From the NCBI GenBank assembly GCA_041389025.1, contig JAWKSP010000001.1:192002-256001 (forward strand): a stretch of DNA of 64,000 nt. Reading direction: 5' to 3'. The notes under the pieces were generated by a model that saw nothing but the letters and a program-made list of their open reading frames with translations, ran no database searches and was not told the DNA's origin. The DNA is from Minisyncoccota bacterium. Lineage in GTDB: Bacteria > Patescibacteriota > Minisyncoccia > Phycocordibacterales > UBA918. This document shows positions 19,589-28,726 of the stretch, piece by piece. Position numbers and translations under genes: made by a program. Within the stretch, counting starts at the first letter, position 1, and every line of letters starts with the position of its first letter.

Positions 19589-20068
19589 ATGAAAGTCTTA
19601 GCAGTAGACCCTGGGTATGACAGAATTGGAATAGCTATTTTAGAAAAGAAAGATAGTAAGGAAATTTTATTATTTTCAACCTGTATTGAAACAAATAAAA
19701 ATAAAAAAATAAATGAAAGGATTTTTGATTTAGGCAACGAAGTTGAAGGCCTATTAAAACAACACAAACCAAACTTTCTAGCCATTGAAACATTATTTTT
19801 TAATAAAAATATAAAAACTGCTATTAGTGTAGCTGAAGCCAGAGGAGTAATAATCTTTTTAGCCAAAAAAATTAACTGTGAAGTATTTGAGTTTGGTCCT
19901 CAAGAAATTAAAATTGCAATTACCGGTTACGGAAAGAGTGACAAAACAGCTGTTATCGACATGATAAAAAGATTGGTTGATAACGTACCCGAAAAAGCTC
20001 TAGATGATGAATATGATGCTATTGCTATTGGGGTAACCTGTCTTGCGCACAAAGGCAATGACAGGTAA
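19589..20068 (+). CDS. ruvC: Crossover junction endodeoxyribonuclease RuvC
   Basis: LAVDPG, AIETLFF, TGYGKSDK and DDEYDAIAIG motifs. Confidence 0.96.
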   Translation: MKVLAVDPGYDRIGIAILEKKDSKEILLFSTCIETNKNKKINERIFDLGNEVEGLLKQHKPNFLAIETLFFNKNIKTAISVAEARGVIIFLAKKINCEVFEFGPQEIKIAITGYGKSDKTAVIDMIKRLVDNVPEKALDDEYDAIAIGVTCLAHKGNDR

Positions 20069-20152
20069 AATCCTCACTTAAGCACGGTGTGTTGAAAAAA
20101 GTGCCAAATTTTGTTACAAACAAAATCAATAAATTTAAATATAATAATAACT

Positions 20153-20431
20153 ATGATATTTTTTCGTACCGAAGATGAAGAATTAAATGAAGATGAAGAA
20201 GCAGAATCTCCAGATGATGAAGACAGTGAGTTTGGTGAGGACCTCTTAGATGAAGTTGATGAAGACTCTTCTGATTCAGATGAAGATATAGAAGGTTTTG
20301 GCCTAGTCGACGACAACACAGAAGACGATGAGGAAGAGGAGGATGAAGAAGAGGAAGAAACAGATGAAGAACTAGAAGAAGATGCTGAGGATGTAGATTT
20401 TGACACCTTTGACGATATTGACGAAATGTAA
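20153..20431 (+). CDS. Extremely acidic small protein (about 55 of 92 residues D/E)
   Basis: Open frame with GAA/GAT-rich codons, TATAAT upstream, terminator directly after the stop. Confidence 0.75.
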   Translation: MIFFRTEDEELNEDEEAESPDDEDSEFGEDLLDEVDEDSSDSDEDIEGFGLVDDNTEDDEEEEDEEEEETDEELEEDAEDVDFDTFDDIDEM

Positions 20432-20468
20432 AATAAAAAAACGAGGGCTCGCCCTCGTTTTTTATTTT
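20430..20468. terminator. Bidirectional terminator between the acidic protein gene and tyrS
   Basis: aaaaaacgagggc-tc-gccctcgtttttt. Confidence 0.8.
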
Positions 20469-21700
20469 ATCTCCACTAAAACCATGTGTTTTTTACCTCT
20501 CCTTAAATACAACAAATTGCCATTTTTTTCTTTATCAAACACATAGTCTACCCCAACCTTAGATCCACCTACTGACACTGATCCATTTTCTAAAAACTCT
20601 CTCGCCTCCCTTTTACTGGAAGCTAGCCCAGTCTCAAGCAGACCATCAACCACCAAGGTTCCGTCAACCAAAGCTGTCAAAGGAGCGTTTTGTTTTAAAA
20701 TATCTAACTCTTCATCTTTCAACTCACTCAAAGAGACCTGTCCAAATAAACACTCGGTTGCTTTTTTTACTTTTTCAAAAACCGTCTCACCATGAACCAA
20801 GACCGTTACCTCTTTAGCTAAAACCTTTTGTGCTTCTCTTGTTTCCGGATGTGTTTTTACCATTTCGTCCAACCGGTCTATTTCTTCCAAAGTTAGAAAT
20901 GTATATAATTTCAAATAATCAACCACTCCATCATCTGAAACATTAAGCCAAAATTGATAGAAGGCGTATGGAGTGGTTTTACCAGAATCAATCCAAATCG
21001 CATTCCCTTCACTTTTTCCAAACTTCTTACCGGTAGTTTTATCAACCACCAAAGGCATGGTAATAGCGTGGACAACTTTATTCTCAAGTCTTCTAACCAA
21101 ATCTACTCCGGCCACCAAATTTCCCCACTGATCAGAACCGCCAATTTGCAAGGTGCAATTTTTACTTCTAAACAATTGCAAATAATCATAGGCTTGTAAA
21201 AGTGGGTAGGCAAATTCTGTATAAGATAGACCAATCTCACTTTCCAAACGTTTGGCAATCGCTTCTTTTTTTATCAACTCATTGACAGTAAAGTATTTGC
21301 CAACATCACGCAAAAAATCAATTAACTTAAAATTACTAAGCCAATCATAATTGTCAACAAATTCAACTTTATTTTGACCAAAAAACTTTTCAGCTTGTGA
21401 TTTGATTTTTTCTACCCTTTCTGCAATAGTAGCGCGGTCGACTAAAACTCGCTCAGCGTCTGGTTTTGGATCACCAATCATTCCGGTTCCACCACCGACT
21501 AAAAAGACTATTTTATGACCTTGGTTTGATAGATGTTTTAAAAAAATCCAATTTACAAAATTACCGACATGAGCAGAGTCAGCGGTAGGATCAATACCAT
21601 AGTAGACATTTCTTTTTTCATCATCCAAAACACCACTCAAATCCTCTGCAGTAGATTGCTTTATAAAGCCTCTTAATTTTAATTCTTCAGATAATTTCAT
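20462..21700 (-). CDS. tyrS: Tyrosine--tRNA ligase
   Basis: GIDPTADSAHVGN, QIGGSDQWGN and KFGKSEG motifs, C-terminal S4 domain; likely start ATG 21700. Confidence 0.97.
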   Translation of the reverse strand: MKLSEELKLRGFIKQSTAEDLSGVLDDEKRNVYYGIDPTADSAHVGNFVNWIFLKHLSNQGHKIVFLVGGGTGMIGDPKPDAERVLVDRATIAERVEKIKSQAEKFFGQNKVEFVDNYDWLSNFKLIDFLRDVGKYFTVNELIKKEAIAKRLESEIGLSYTEFAYPLLQAYDYLQLFRSKNCTLQIGGSDQWGNLVAGVDLVRRLENKVVHAITMPLVVDKTTGKKFGKSEGNAIWIDSGKTTPYAFYQFWLNVSDDGVVDYLKLYTFLTLEEIDRLDEMVKTHPETREAQKVLAKEVTVLVHGETVFEKVKKATECLFGQVSLSELKDEELDILKQNAPLTALVDGTLVVDGLLETGLASSKREAREFLENGSVSVGGSKVGVDYVFDKEKNGNLLYLRRGKKHMVLVEIK

Positions 21701-21796
21701 GAAATAACTGTAGCACACTGTCACACTAAGATGTCTAGACAATTCGTGCTACTATTGGTCTTATATATAATATATAAATTATACATTATTTAGTTT

Positions 21797-24022
21797 ATGA
21801 GAAAATTTATCCGCACACCACTTAGTTTAAAGAATATTATTATTGATTTAATTATCATTATAATTGCCTTAGGAATTTTACTTTCGGCTGGTTTTTTGAT
21901 TTGGGTTTCAACTCTTAAAATACCGGATCTATCCTCTTTTGAAGAAAGAAGAATTTTACAGTCGACAAAAATTTATGACCGTACCGGAGAAATATTACTT
22001 TATGATTTACACCAAGACGTAAAAAGAACAGTGGTGCCGTTTGAAAATATCTCAAGACATATAAAAAACGCCACCATATCTATTGAAGATAATGAATTTT
22101 ATAATCATTTTGGTATAGAACCAACCTCAATCATAAGAGCAGTTTACACCAACCTAACCCAAGGCGACCTCTTAGGTGGACAAGGAGGCTCCACTATAAC
22201 CCAACAAGTTATCAAAAACTCTGTTCTACAAAACGAAAAAACTATCACTAGAAAGGTTAAAGAGTGGATATTAGCAATTAAATTAGAAAAAGTTTTATCT
22301 AAAGACGAAATTTTATCTATTTACCTAAACGAATCTCCTTATGGTGGAACCATTTATGGTGTCGAAGAAGCATCTCAAGCCTTTTTTGGTAAACCGGCCA
22401 GTGAAGTAACTTTAGCTGAAGCAGCTTATTTAGCCGCCCTACCACAGGCTCCCACCTATCTGTCACCTTACGGAAACAACAAAGAAGTTCTGGATAAAAG
22501 ACAGGCTTTAGTCTTAGAAAGAATGCTTTTTGATAACTTTATAAACGAAGAAGAATACAATCAAGCTAAAGAAGAGGAGGTGGAATTTCAACCACAAGCT
22601 ATTGGCAGTATTAGAGCTCCACATTTTGTGATGTATATTCGTGAACAATTAGTTCAAAAATACGGGGAAGAAGTTTTATCAGAAAGAGGTTATCGAGTGA
22701 TAACTACTTTAGACTGGGAACTACAAAAAGAAGCTGAGAGAATTCTTCGAGAAAGAGGTTTAACTAATGTAGAAAAATACAAAGCCACCAACGCTGGACT
22801 GGTAGCAGTTGACCCAAAAACCGGAGATTTATTAACCATGGTTGGTTCCAGAGATTATTTTAGTGAAGATATCGATGGTAACTACAACGTAGCCTTAGCT
22901 AATAGACAACCAGGATCATCTATCAAGCCTTTTATATACGCTACAGCCTTTAGTAAAGGTTATTTACCGGAAACAGTAGTCTTTGATGTAAAAACTCAAT
23001 TCTCACCTCTCTGTCCAGCTGATAGTCCTAGTTCACAATCCCCCTGCTACTCACCCAACAACTATAACCATAAGACAATTGGTCCAATCAATCTAAGAAA
23101 TGCCTTAGCTCAATCTCTAAATATTCCAGCTGTTAAAGTTTTATATTTAGCCGGACTTAAAGATTCTCTCAAAACCGCTTCCGATATGGGACTAACCACT
23201 TTAAACCCTGAAGACTCTGGTAAATACGGCTTAACTTTAGTACTAGGTGGTGGTGAAGTAAAACTATACGACATGACTTACGCTTATAGTGTTTTTGCTA
23301 ATGAAGGCATGAAAGCTGAACCTAGAAGTATTTTAAAAATTGAAGACAACCAAGGAAATATTATTGAAGAAAATGAAGTTTCCACTAAAAGAGTTTTAGA
23401 CAAAAACACCACTTTACTTATAAGCGATGTTCTATCAGACAACGTTGCCAGAACTCCACTCTGGGGAGCTAACTCGTTAGTAAACTTCCCTGGTCGCTCA
23501 GTTGCTTCTAAAACCGGTAGCACCAACGATCTAAGAGATGCTTGGCTTATGGGTTACGCTCCTAACCTAGCAGTTGGTACTTGGGTTGGTAATAATGACA
23601 ACAGCCCAATGGGAGGTGGTTTATCTGGGCTTATCGTAACTCCAATGTGGCGTGAATTTATGGATATAGCTCTTGAAAAAATACCAGAGGAAGACTTTTC
23701 TCAACCAGAAACCAATCTAGTTGGTGTAAAACCAATTCTTCGCGGCCAGTATATAGATACCAATAAACTACTTGAAATTCTCCAATCTGGAGAAGAATTA
23801 GACGCCAGAGCTGTCGCTGAAATCTACAACGATGTTCATTCTATTTTACACTTTGTAGACAGAAGTAACCCAACCGGACCCAGCCCCACAAACCCAAACC
23901 GAGATGATCAGTACACCAACTGGGAGTATGCTGTTCAATTATGGAAAAACCAAACCTATGGACTAAACCAAGAAAACAATGAAGATAGTACTGATTCAGA
24001 AACAGATTCAAACAACAACTAA
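21797..24022 (+). CDS. Class A penicillin-binding protein (transglycosylase/transpeptidase)
   Basis: EDNEFYNH and GGSTITQQ (GT51); QPGSSIKP, SLN and KTG (transpeptidase). Confidence 0.96.
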   Translation: MRKFIRTPLSLKNIIIDLIIIIIALGILLSAGFLIWVSTLKIPDLSSFEERRILQSTKIYDRTGEILLYDLHQDVKRTVVPFENISRHIKNATISIEDNEFYNHFGIEPTSIIRAVYTNLTQGDLLGGQGGSTITQQVIKNSVLQNEKTITRKVKEWILAIKLEKVLSKDEILSIYLNESPYGGTIYGVEEASQAFFGKPASEVTLAEAAYLAALPQAPTYLSPYGNNKEVLDKRQALVLERMLFDNFINEEEYNQAKEEEVEFQPQAIGSIRAPHFVMYIREQLVQKYGEEVLSERGYRVITTLDWELQKEAERILRERGLTNVEKYKATNAGLVAVDPKTGDLLTMVGSRDYFSEDIDGNYNVALANRQPGSSIKPFIYATAFSKGYLPETVVFDVKTQFSPLCPADSPSSQSPCYSPNNYNHKTIGPINLRNALAQSLNIPAVKVLYLAGLKDSLKTASDMGLTTLNPEDSGKYGLTLVLGGGEVKLYDMTYAYSVFANEGMKAEPRSILKIEDNQGNIIEENEVSTKRVLDKNTTLLISDVLSDNVARTPLWGANSLVNFPGRSVASKTGSTNDLRDAWLMGYAPNLAVGTWVGNNDNSPMGGGLSGLIVTPMWREFMDIALEKIPEEDFSQPETNLVGVKPILRGQYIDTNKLLEILQSGEELDARAVAEIYNDVHSILHFVDRSNPTGPSPTNPNRDDQYTNWEYAVQLWKNQTYGLNQENNEDSTDSETDSNNN

Positions 24023-24057
24023 TCTTTTGTCAAAATATTAAAAACAAAAAAACTCGC

Positions 24058-24348
24058 CTATAAAATATTTTGCGGCGAGTTTTTTTGTCCCAAATTTTTC
24101 ACCAATTCGCTTAGGATTTTTTCTTTATGAAAAACAATTTCTTGCTTAACCAAACTAGATGAATTTATATATAAAATTTTAGCAGAAACAGTATAAGAGA
24201 CTTGATCTTCATTTAACTTTATACCAACCATCTCCCCGATTACCCTCAAAGCTTCTGTTTCAACCGTTTTTTGTGGAGCTATTAAAGTATTCTTATACTT
24301 TTCAAACAAAGTACCAACTTTCACAATCTCTCCGCGACGCTTAGCCAT
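24058..24348 (-). CDS. Hypothetical protein, possible DciA/DUF721-like helicase-loader accessory
   Basis: Directly downstream of dnaN; LYINSSSLVKQEIVFHKEKILSEL resembles the DUF721 core. Confidence 0.55.
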   Translation of the reverse strand: MAKRRGEIVKVGTLFEKYKNTLIAPQKTVETEALRVIGEMVGIKLNEDQVSYTVSAKILYINSSSLVKQEIVFHKEKILSELVKNLGQKNSPQNIL

Positions 24349-24352
24349 AAAA

Positions 24353-25453
24353 CTAGCGATTCATCGGCATAACCAAGTAACGAAGAGTATTATCAGATAC
24401 ACCTGTTATCACTAAAGGTCTACCAATACCAGCAAAATGTAAAATAACACTGTCATCAGAAATATGTGATAATGGTTCGATTAAATATTGTTGATTAAAA
24501 TTTAAAGACAACTCCTCTCCTTCTATTACCGCCTTTATTGTATCTGTAACATGACCTATTTCATTGTTTTGTGAAGAGATAATCAGTTCATTTTGAGACA
24601 AAGCCAGCGATACTTGGTTGAATTTATTTAAAAACACTGACGTCTTCTTAAATGCATTTAATAAGTCACTTTTTAATACGGTAGTATGTGTTACGTACTC
24701 TTTTGGAATAATTTGTTCGTAATCAGGAAAAGACCCGCTAACCAAACGTGAAGTAAGATAAACCCCTTCCTCAACAAAGTCTAATGAGCATTGATTTTCA
24801 GTTACTACTAAAGTAGGGTTAGAATCCAACAAATCACATACTCTCGCTAACTCAATCGCATTTTTTTGTGGTACTAAAAACGAATTATCTAATACAACTC
24901 CTTTTTGTGGCACTAACTTTTCCATCAAACGGAAAGAATCAGTTGAAGTAAAAGTTAAAGAATGTTCTTTTTTTTGTTGAATATAAACACTACCTAACTC
25001 CGGCTTAATAGATGATACTGAAGCCGCAAAAGCAGTCGTCTTTATACCTAAAGCAAATAAAGAACGAGTTATTTTTACTCCTTCACCTTGTAATCGGTAA
25101 ATATTAGGAAATTCTTCGTAAGGTATAGATTTAATTGAACTATTAGTTTGTTTAGATTCCACAACCAAAACCCCATCCTCATCTTTTAAAGTTATTTCTG
25201 ATTGATTATTTATATATTGAATACTCTGAAGTAAAGTAGCCATCGGTACTGCGATAGTTCCAGTTTCGTTGACCTTACCAGGAATAGTTACTTCAATACT
25301 TAACTCAAGGTTAGTGGCTTTAATAAGAATCTTATCTTCTTCTACGTTTAACAAAGCACATTGTAAAACCGGTAATGTCACATGCTTGGTACTGATACGA
25401 CTAATTAACTCTAAGGTTTTTATTAACTGTGGATGGGATATTATTATTTCCAT
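24353..25453 (-). CDS. dnaN: DNA polymerase III beta clamp
   Basis: ATNLE, STDSFRL, GSFPDYEQIIP and YLVMPM motifs; downstream of dnaA. Confidence 0.97.
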   Translation of the reverse strand: MEIIISHPQLIKTLELISRISTKHVTLPVLQCALLNVEEDKILIKATNLELSIEVTIPGKVNETGTIAVPMATLLQSIQYINNQSEITLKDEDGVLVVESKQTNSSIKSIPYEEFPNIYRLQGEGVKITRSLFALGIKTTAFAASVSSIKPELGSVYIQQKKEHSLTFTSTDSFRLMEKLVPQKGVVLDNSFLVPQKNAIELARVCDLLDSNPTLVVTENQCSLDFVEEGVYLTSRLVSGSFPDYEQIIPKEYVTHTTVLKSDLLNAFKKTSVFLNKFNQVSLALSQNELIISSQNNEIGHVTDTIKAVIEGEELSLNFNQQYLIEPLSHISDDSVILHFAGIGRPLVITGVSDNTLRYLVMPMNR

Positions 25454-25753
25454 ATTTTAATCACATTTTACTCTTTATTATTAGGGTTGTGGAAGTGTGC
25501 ATATCTTAAAAATATGTTGTATTTTAAACTATTTTTTAGAAAAAGTAATCAACACACCTCTTGGGAATAGGACTGAATTACTGTAGATAAGATGTTGATT
25601 ATTTGTAATCTGTATATTTTTATAAAAAACTTTAACAAAGCTGTGTATAAAAACATGTCTTACCAACAGTTATTTTTAAGTATTAACAGGTTCATTAAGA
25701 TACTTATCTGAAGTTTTTAACAGGGTTATTCTTAGTTATTCAGTGGTTGGTGT
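25454..25753. other. Putative replication origin oriC
   Basis: AT-rich dnaA-dnaN intergenic region with DnaA boxes (TGTGTATAA 25642-50, TGTAGATAA 25582-90, several degenerate); strand-skew switch in this area. Confidence 0.75.
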
Positions 25754-25807
25754 GGATGCTTCTTAAATAAAATACCGCTTTTGCGGTATTTTATTTAAGA
25801 AGCATCC
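25754..25807. repeat. 25-bp perfect inverted repeat overlapping the last 17 nt of dnaA
   Basis: ggatgcttcttaaataaaataccgc-tttt-gcggtattttatttaagaagcatcc. Confidence 0.93.
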
Positions 25808-27125
25808 TGATTTGAGTTATTTCTTCTTCGAGTTCTGTATCTTCCTTTAATTCCAACTTAATTTTTTCACAAGAATGGATAACTGTAGTATGGTCTCTGC
25901 CACCTAGTTTCTTACCAATTGCAGGGTAAGAAACCTGGAAATCTTCACGTAATATATACATAATAATTTGCCTTGGTTTTACAATCTCTTTTCGTCTAGT
26001 TTTTTCATAAATACTAGATTGGTCTATGTCAAAATACCGAGCAACTTTTTCTACTACATCCGATACAGCTAAAGTTTTTCTTGGTTTTGAGCTGTTTTTA
26101 ATAATAGACTTAACTTCATCTAAAGATAGAGTTTTACCAAGTAGTTGTGACTGACACATGATGGTGTTTAAAGCTCCTTCAAGTTCACGAATATTTCCTT
26201 CAATCGATTGTGCTAAATGATCTACCACTTCATTTGATAGAGTTATACTGTTTTGAGCAGCTTTAGCTTTTAAGATAGCGGTTCTTGATTCTAAATCAGG
26301 AGCTGGGATGTCAACAATCATACCTTGAGCAAAACGAGACATCAGCCTTTCTTCTAGACCAGATAACAATCCAGGATGTACGTCACTAGAGAAAACTATT
26401 TGTTTATTGGTGTCATGAAGAGCGTTAAAAAGATGAAACAGCTCTTCCTGAGTTTTTTCTTTACTAGCTAAAAATTGAACATCGTCCATGATCAAAACAT
26501 CATATTGACGGTATTTGTCTTTAAAGCTGTTAGCTGTACCGTTTTGTAGAGAATTAAAGTAGTCTACCGCAAATCTTTCGCTAGTAACATAAAAAACTTT
26601 TTTACCGGTTTTTTTTACTTGGTTCCCCACTGCTTGAATAAGGTGGGTTTTTCCATGTCCGGTTTTTCCGTAAATAAACAAAGGATTGTAAGCGATTCCA
26701 GGTTTTTCACTAACGGTTTTAGCGGCTGTGTGGGCTAAAGCGTTGTAGTGTCCGATAACAAAAGTATCAAATGAATATTTTGGATTTAAGTTATCGCTTT
26801 TATTTATATAATATTCTTCTAAAGGTAGAGCAGCGTTTACGGTTTGAGTTTTGTTTCCGTTATCATTTCTTTTATCGCTTCTTTGCACTACTTCATATTC
26901 AATACTGCGAACATAAGGAGTTAGGTCTCTTAAAGTTTTCAAGATCATTGACTGAAATTTATCTTGCAACCAATCGCGAACAAATACACTTGGTACTGCT
27001 AAAACCGCTGTGCCGTCCTCTAAGGATAGTATGTAAGTGTCTCTAAACCAAGTTTTAAAGTTGGCAGGAGTAATGGAAAGTTCGATTTTAACCAGTGCGT
27101 CATCCCAAAGTTTTTTTATATCAAT
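25791..27125 (-). CDS. dnaA: Chromosomal replication initiator DnaA (start uncertain)
   Basis: YNPLFIYGKTGHGKTHL, DDVQF and RDHTTVIH motifs; domain I (IDIKKLWDDAL...FKTWF) lies in frame upstream of the called TTG at 26969. Confidence 0.95.
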   Translation of the reverse strand: MDIKKLWDDALVKIELSITPANFKTWFRDTYILSLEDGTAVLAVPSVFVRDWLQDKFQSMILKTLRDLTPYVRSIEYEVVQRSDKRNDNGNKTQTVNAALPLEEYYINKSDNLNPKYSFDTFVIGHYNALAHTAAKTVSEKPGIAYNPLFIYGKTGHGKTHLIQAVGNQVKKTGKKVFYVTSERFAVDYFNSLQNGTANSFKDKYRQYDVLIMDDVQFLASKEKTQEELFHLFNALHDTNKQIVFSSDVHPGLLSGLEERLMSRFAQGMIVDIPAPDLESRTAILKAKAAQNSITLSNEVVDHLAQSIEGNIRELEGALNTIMCQSQLLGKTLSLDEVKSIIKNSSKPRKTLAVSDVVEKVARYFDIDQSSIYEKTRRKEIVKPRQIIMYILREDFQVSYPAIGKKLGGRDHTTVIHSCEKIKLELKEDTELEEEITQIRMLLK

Positions 27126-27288
27126 ATGTTCAGTACGAACGATACTGTTGGAAAGTTTGGAAGTGTGAAACTGAATTTGTAGACATAGCTTTAGTAATAA
27201 AGCATTATACCTGTCTTCTGGTAACTGTAAAATACTTAGCTAAAAAATATTTTAAAAACTTATTAATTTTAAAAATAAAAAATGCAAC

Positions 27289-27308
27289 TGTTAATAACCT
27301 GTGAATAA
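27289..27308. promoter_or_regulatory. DnaA boxes in the dnaA/rpmH divergent promoter
   Basis: TGTTAATAA (27289-97) and TGTGAATAA (27300-08, fits TTWTNCACA). Confidence 0.6.
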
Positions 27309-27390
27309 AGTGGTGAAAAAATATTCCCCTATTGAATTATTTATACATTCATGTATAGTGTGTCGGTAAATTCTAAATAGCTAGATAATT

Positions 27391-27540
27391 ATGAGTAAAA
27401 GAACATATCAACCAAGTAAAAGAAAACGAGCCACCACTCACGGCTTTTTGGTACGTAGTGCCACTCCAGCTGGGGCAAAAATTTTACAAGCGAGACGCCG
27501 TAAAGGGCGGGCACAATTAACGGTTAAAAAGGCTCAATAA
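27391..27540 (+). CDS. rpmH: 50S ribosomal protein L34 (not in the ORF track)
   Basis: [45 protein letters not shown]; canonical position. Confidence 0.97.
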   Translation: MSKRTYQPSKRKRATTHGFLVRSATPAGAKILQARRRKGRAQLTVKKAQ

Positions 27541-27579
27541 GAGCTTTTTTTGTTACAATAAGCAATATAGATATTGATT

Positions 27580-27909
27580 ATGTTAAAAAAAGCCAATCGG
27601 CTAACCAGTGCTCTTTTTACTAAATATTTTAAGCAAGGAAAAAGAGTAAACGGAGAATATCTAACCGTTATAAAACATAACTATACAACTTTTTTGGCTG
27701 CGGTGGTGGTGGGCCGTAAGGTTTCTAAGTGGGCGGTAAAGAGAAATTTAATCCGTCGCCGAGTCTACTCTATTCTGGAAGAGGTAAAGATTAGTATGGA
27801 TATAAAAAACGGAGTTTTTATTGTGCTGGTAAAACCGTCTATAAATAACCTCACAAAAAAACAATTTCAAAAATTATTAAAAGAAGAATTTGGAAGGTTG
27901 TTAAAATAA
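27580..27909 (+). CDS. rnpA: Ribonuclease P protein component
   Basis: KVSKWAVKRNLIRRR RNR motif; follows rpmH. Confidence 0.93.
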   Translation: MLKKANRLTSALFTKYFKQGKRVNGEYLTVIKHNYTTFLAAVVVGRKVSKWAVKRNLIRRRVYSILEEVKISMDIKNGVFIVLVKPSINNLTKKQFQKLLKEEFGRLLK

Positions 27910-27927
27910 AGGTAGAATAGCACTATT

Positions 27928-28656
27928 ATGTTTAGTTATATATGGCACACATTTTTCTTCGATCCGGTTTACAACGGACTGGTTTTTTTTATAGATACTA
28001 TTCCTAGTGGTGATGTTGGGTTGGCGATAATTTTTACAGTAGTCTTTGTTAAGTTTATTTTATTACCTTTATCAATTAAGGCAGTAAAAACGCAAAAGAT
28101 AATGCGAGAAATCGAACCTAAACTTAAAGAAATAAAAGAGAAATACAAGGATAATCGTGAACAACAAGCGGTAGCGATGATGGAGATTTATCGTAATGCC
28201 GGCATGAACCCATTTGCAGCTATTTTTTTGATATTGTTACAAATTCCAATCATTATTGCTTTATACTTTTCGGTTTATAGTGGTGGTGGTGTAGCTTTGC
28301 CGGAAATTAACACAGCCCTTCTCTATTCTTGTGTTCAGGTGCCGGAGGTGGTAAATCTGTATTTTTTAGGGAGGATAGATATATCTGGAAAGAGTGTCTG
28401 GTTGGCTTTATTAGCAGGAGTGACTCAGTATTATCAGGTGAAGATTGCTATGCCGGAGTTGGCACCAAAAGATCCTAATAAAACACCTGATATGAAAGAA
28501 GAGCTGATGCGCAATATGCAATTACAAATGCGTTATGTGATGCCAGTTATTATTTTTGCAGTTTCTTATATAATTTCAGCGGCTATCGCCTTATATTTCT
28601 TTGTTAGTAACGTGGTGGCGATTTTACAGGAATTGTACGTAAAAAGACATCGGTAA
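27928..28656 (+). CDS. yidC: Membrane protein insertase YidC/Oxa1 (short form)
   Basis: GLAII...ILLPL, NPF...QIPI and ALYF motifs; rpmH-rnpA-yidC synteny. Confidence 0.93.
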   Translation: MFSYIWHTFFFDPVYNGLVFFIDTIPSGDVGLAIIFTVVFVKFILLPLSIKAVKTQKIMREIEPKLKEIKEKYKDNREQQAVAMMEIYRNAGMNPFAAIFLILLQIPIIIALYFSVYSGGGVALPEINTALLYSCVQVPEVVNLYFLGRIDISGKSVWLALLAGVTQYYQVKIAMPELAPKDPNKTPDMKEELMRNMQLQMRYVMPVIIFAVSYIISAAIALYFFVSNVVAILQELYVKRHR

Positions 28657-28671
28657 TAGGAAATAGGAAAC

Positions 28672-28716
28672 TAAGAAAAATAAAAACCACCAAAATGGTG
28701 GTTTTTATTTTTCTTA
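28672..28716. terminator. 21-bp perfect inverted repeat; bidirectional terminator between yidC and the T4SS-like cluster
   Basis: taagaaaaataaaaaccacca-aaa-tggtggtttttatttttctta. Confidence 0.85.
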
Positions 28717-28726
28717 CTAAATTATC

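Noticed and set aside
20074-20406. Ser-rich 110-aa ORF on the minus strand
   Set aside because: It is the antisense shadow of the GAA/GAT-rich acidic protein gene; promoter and terminator placement favour the + strand.
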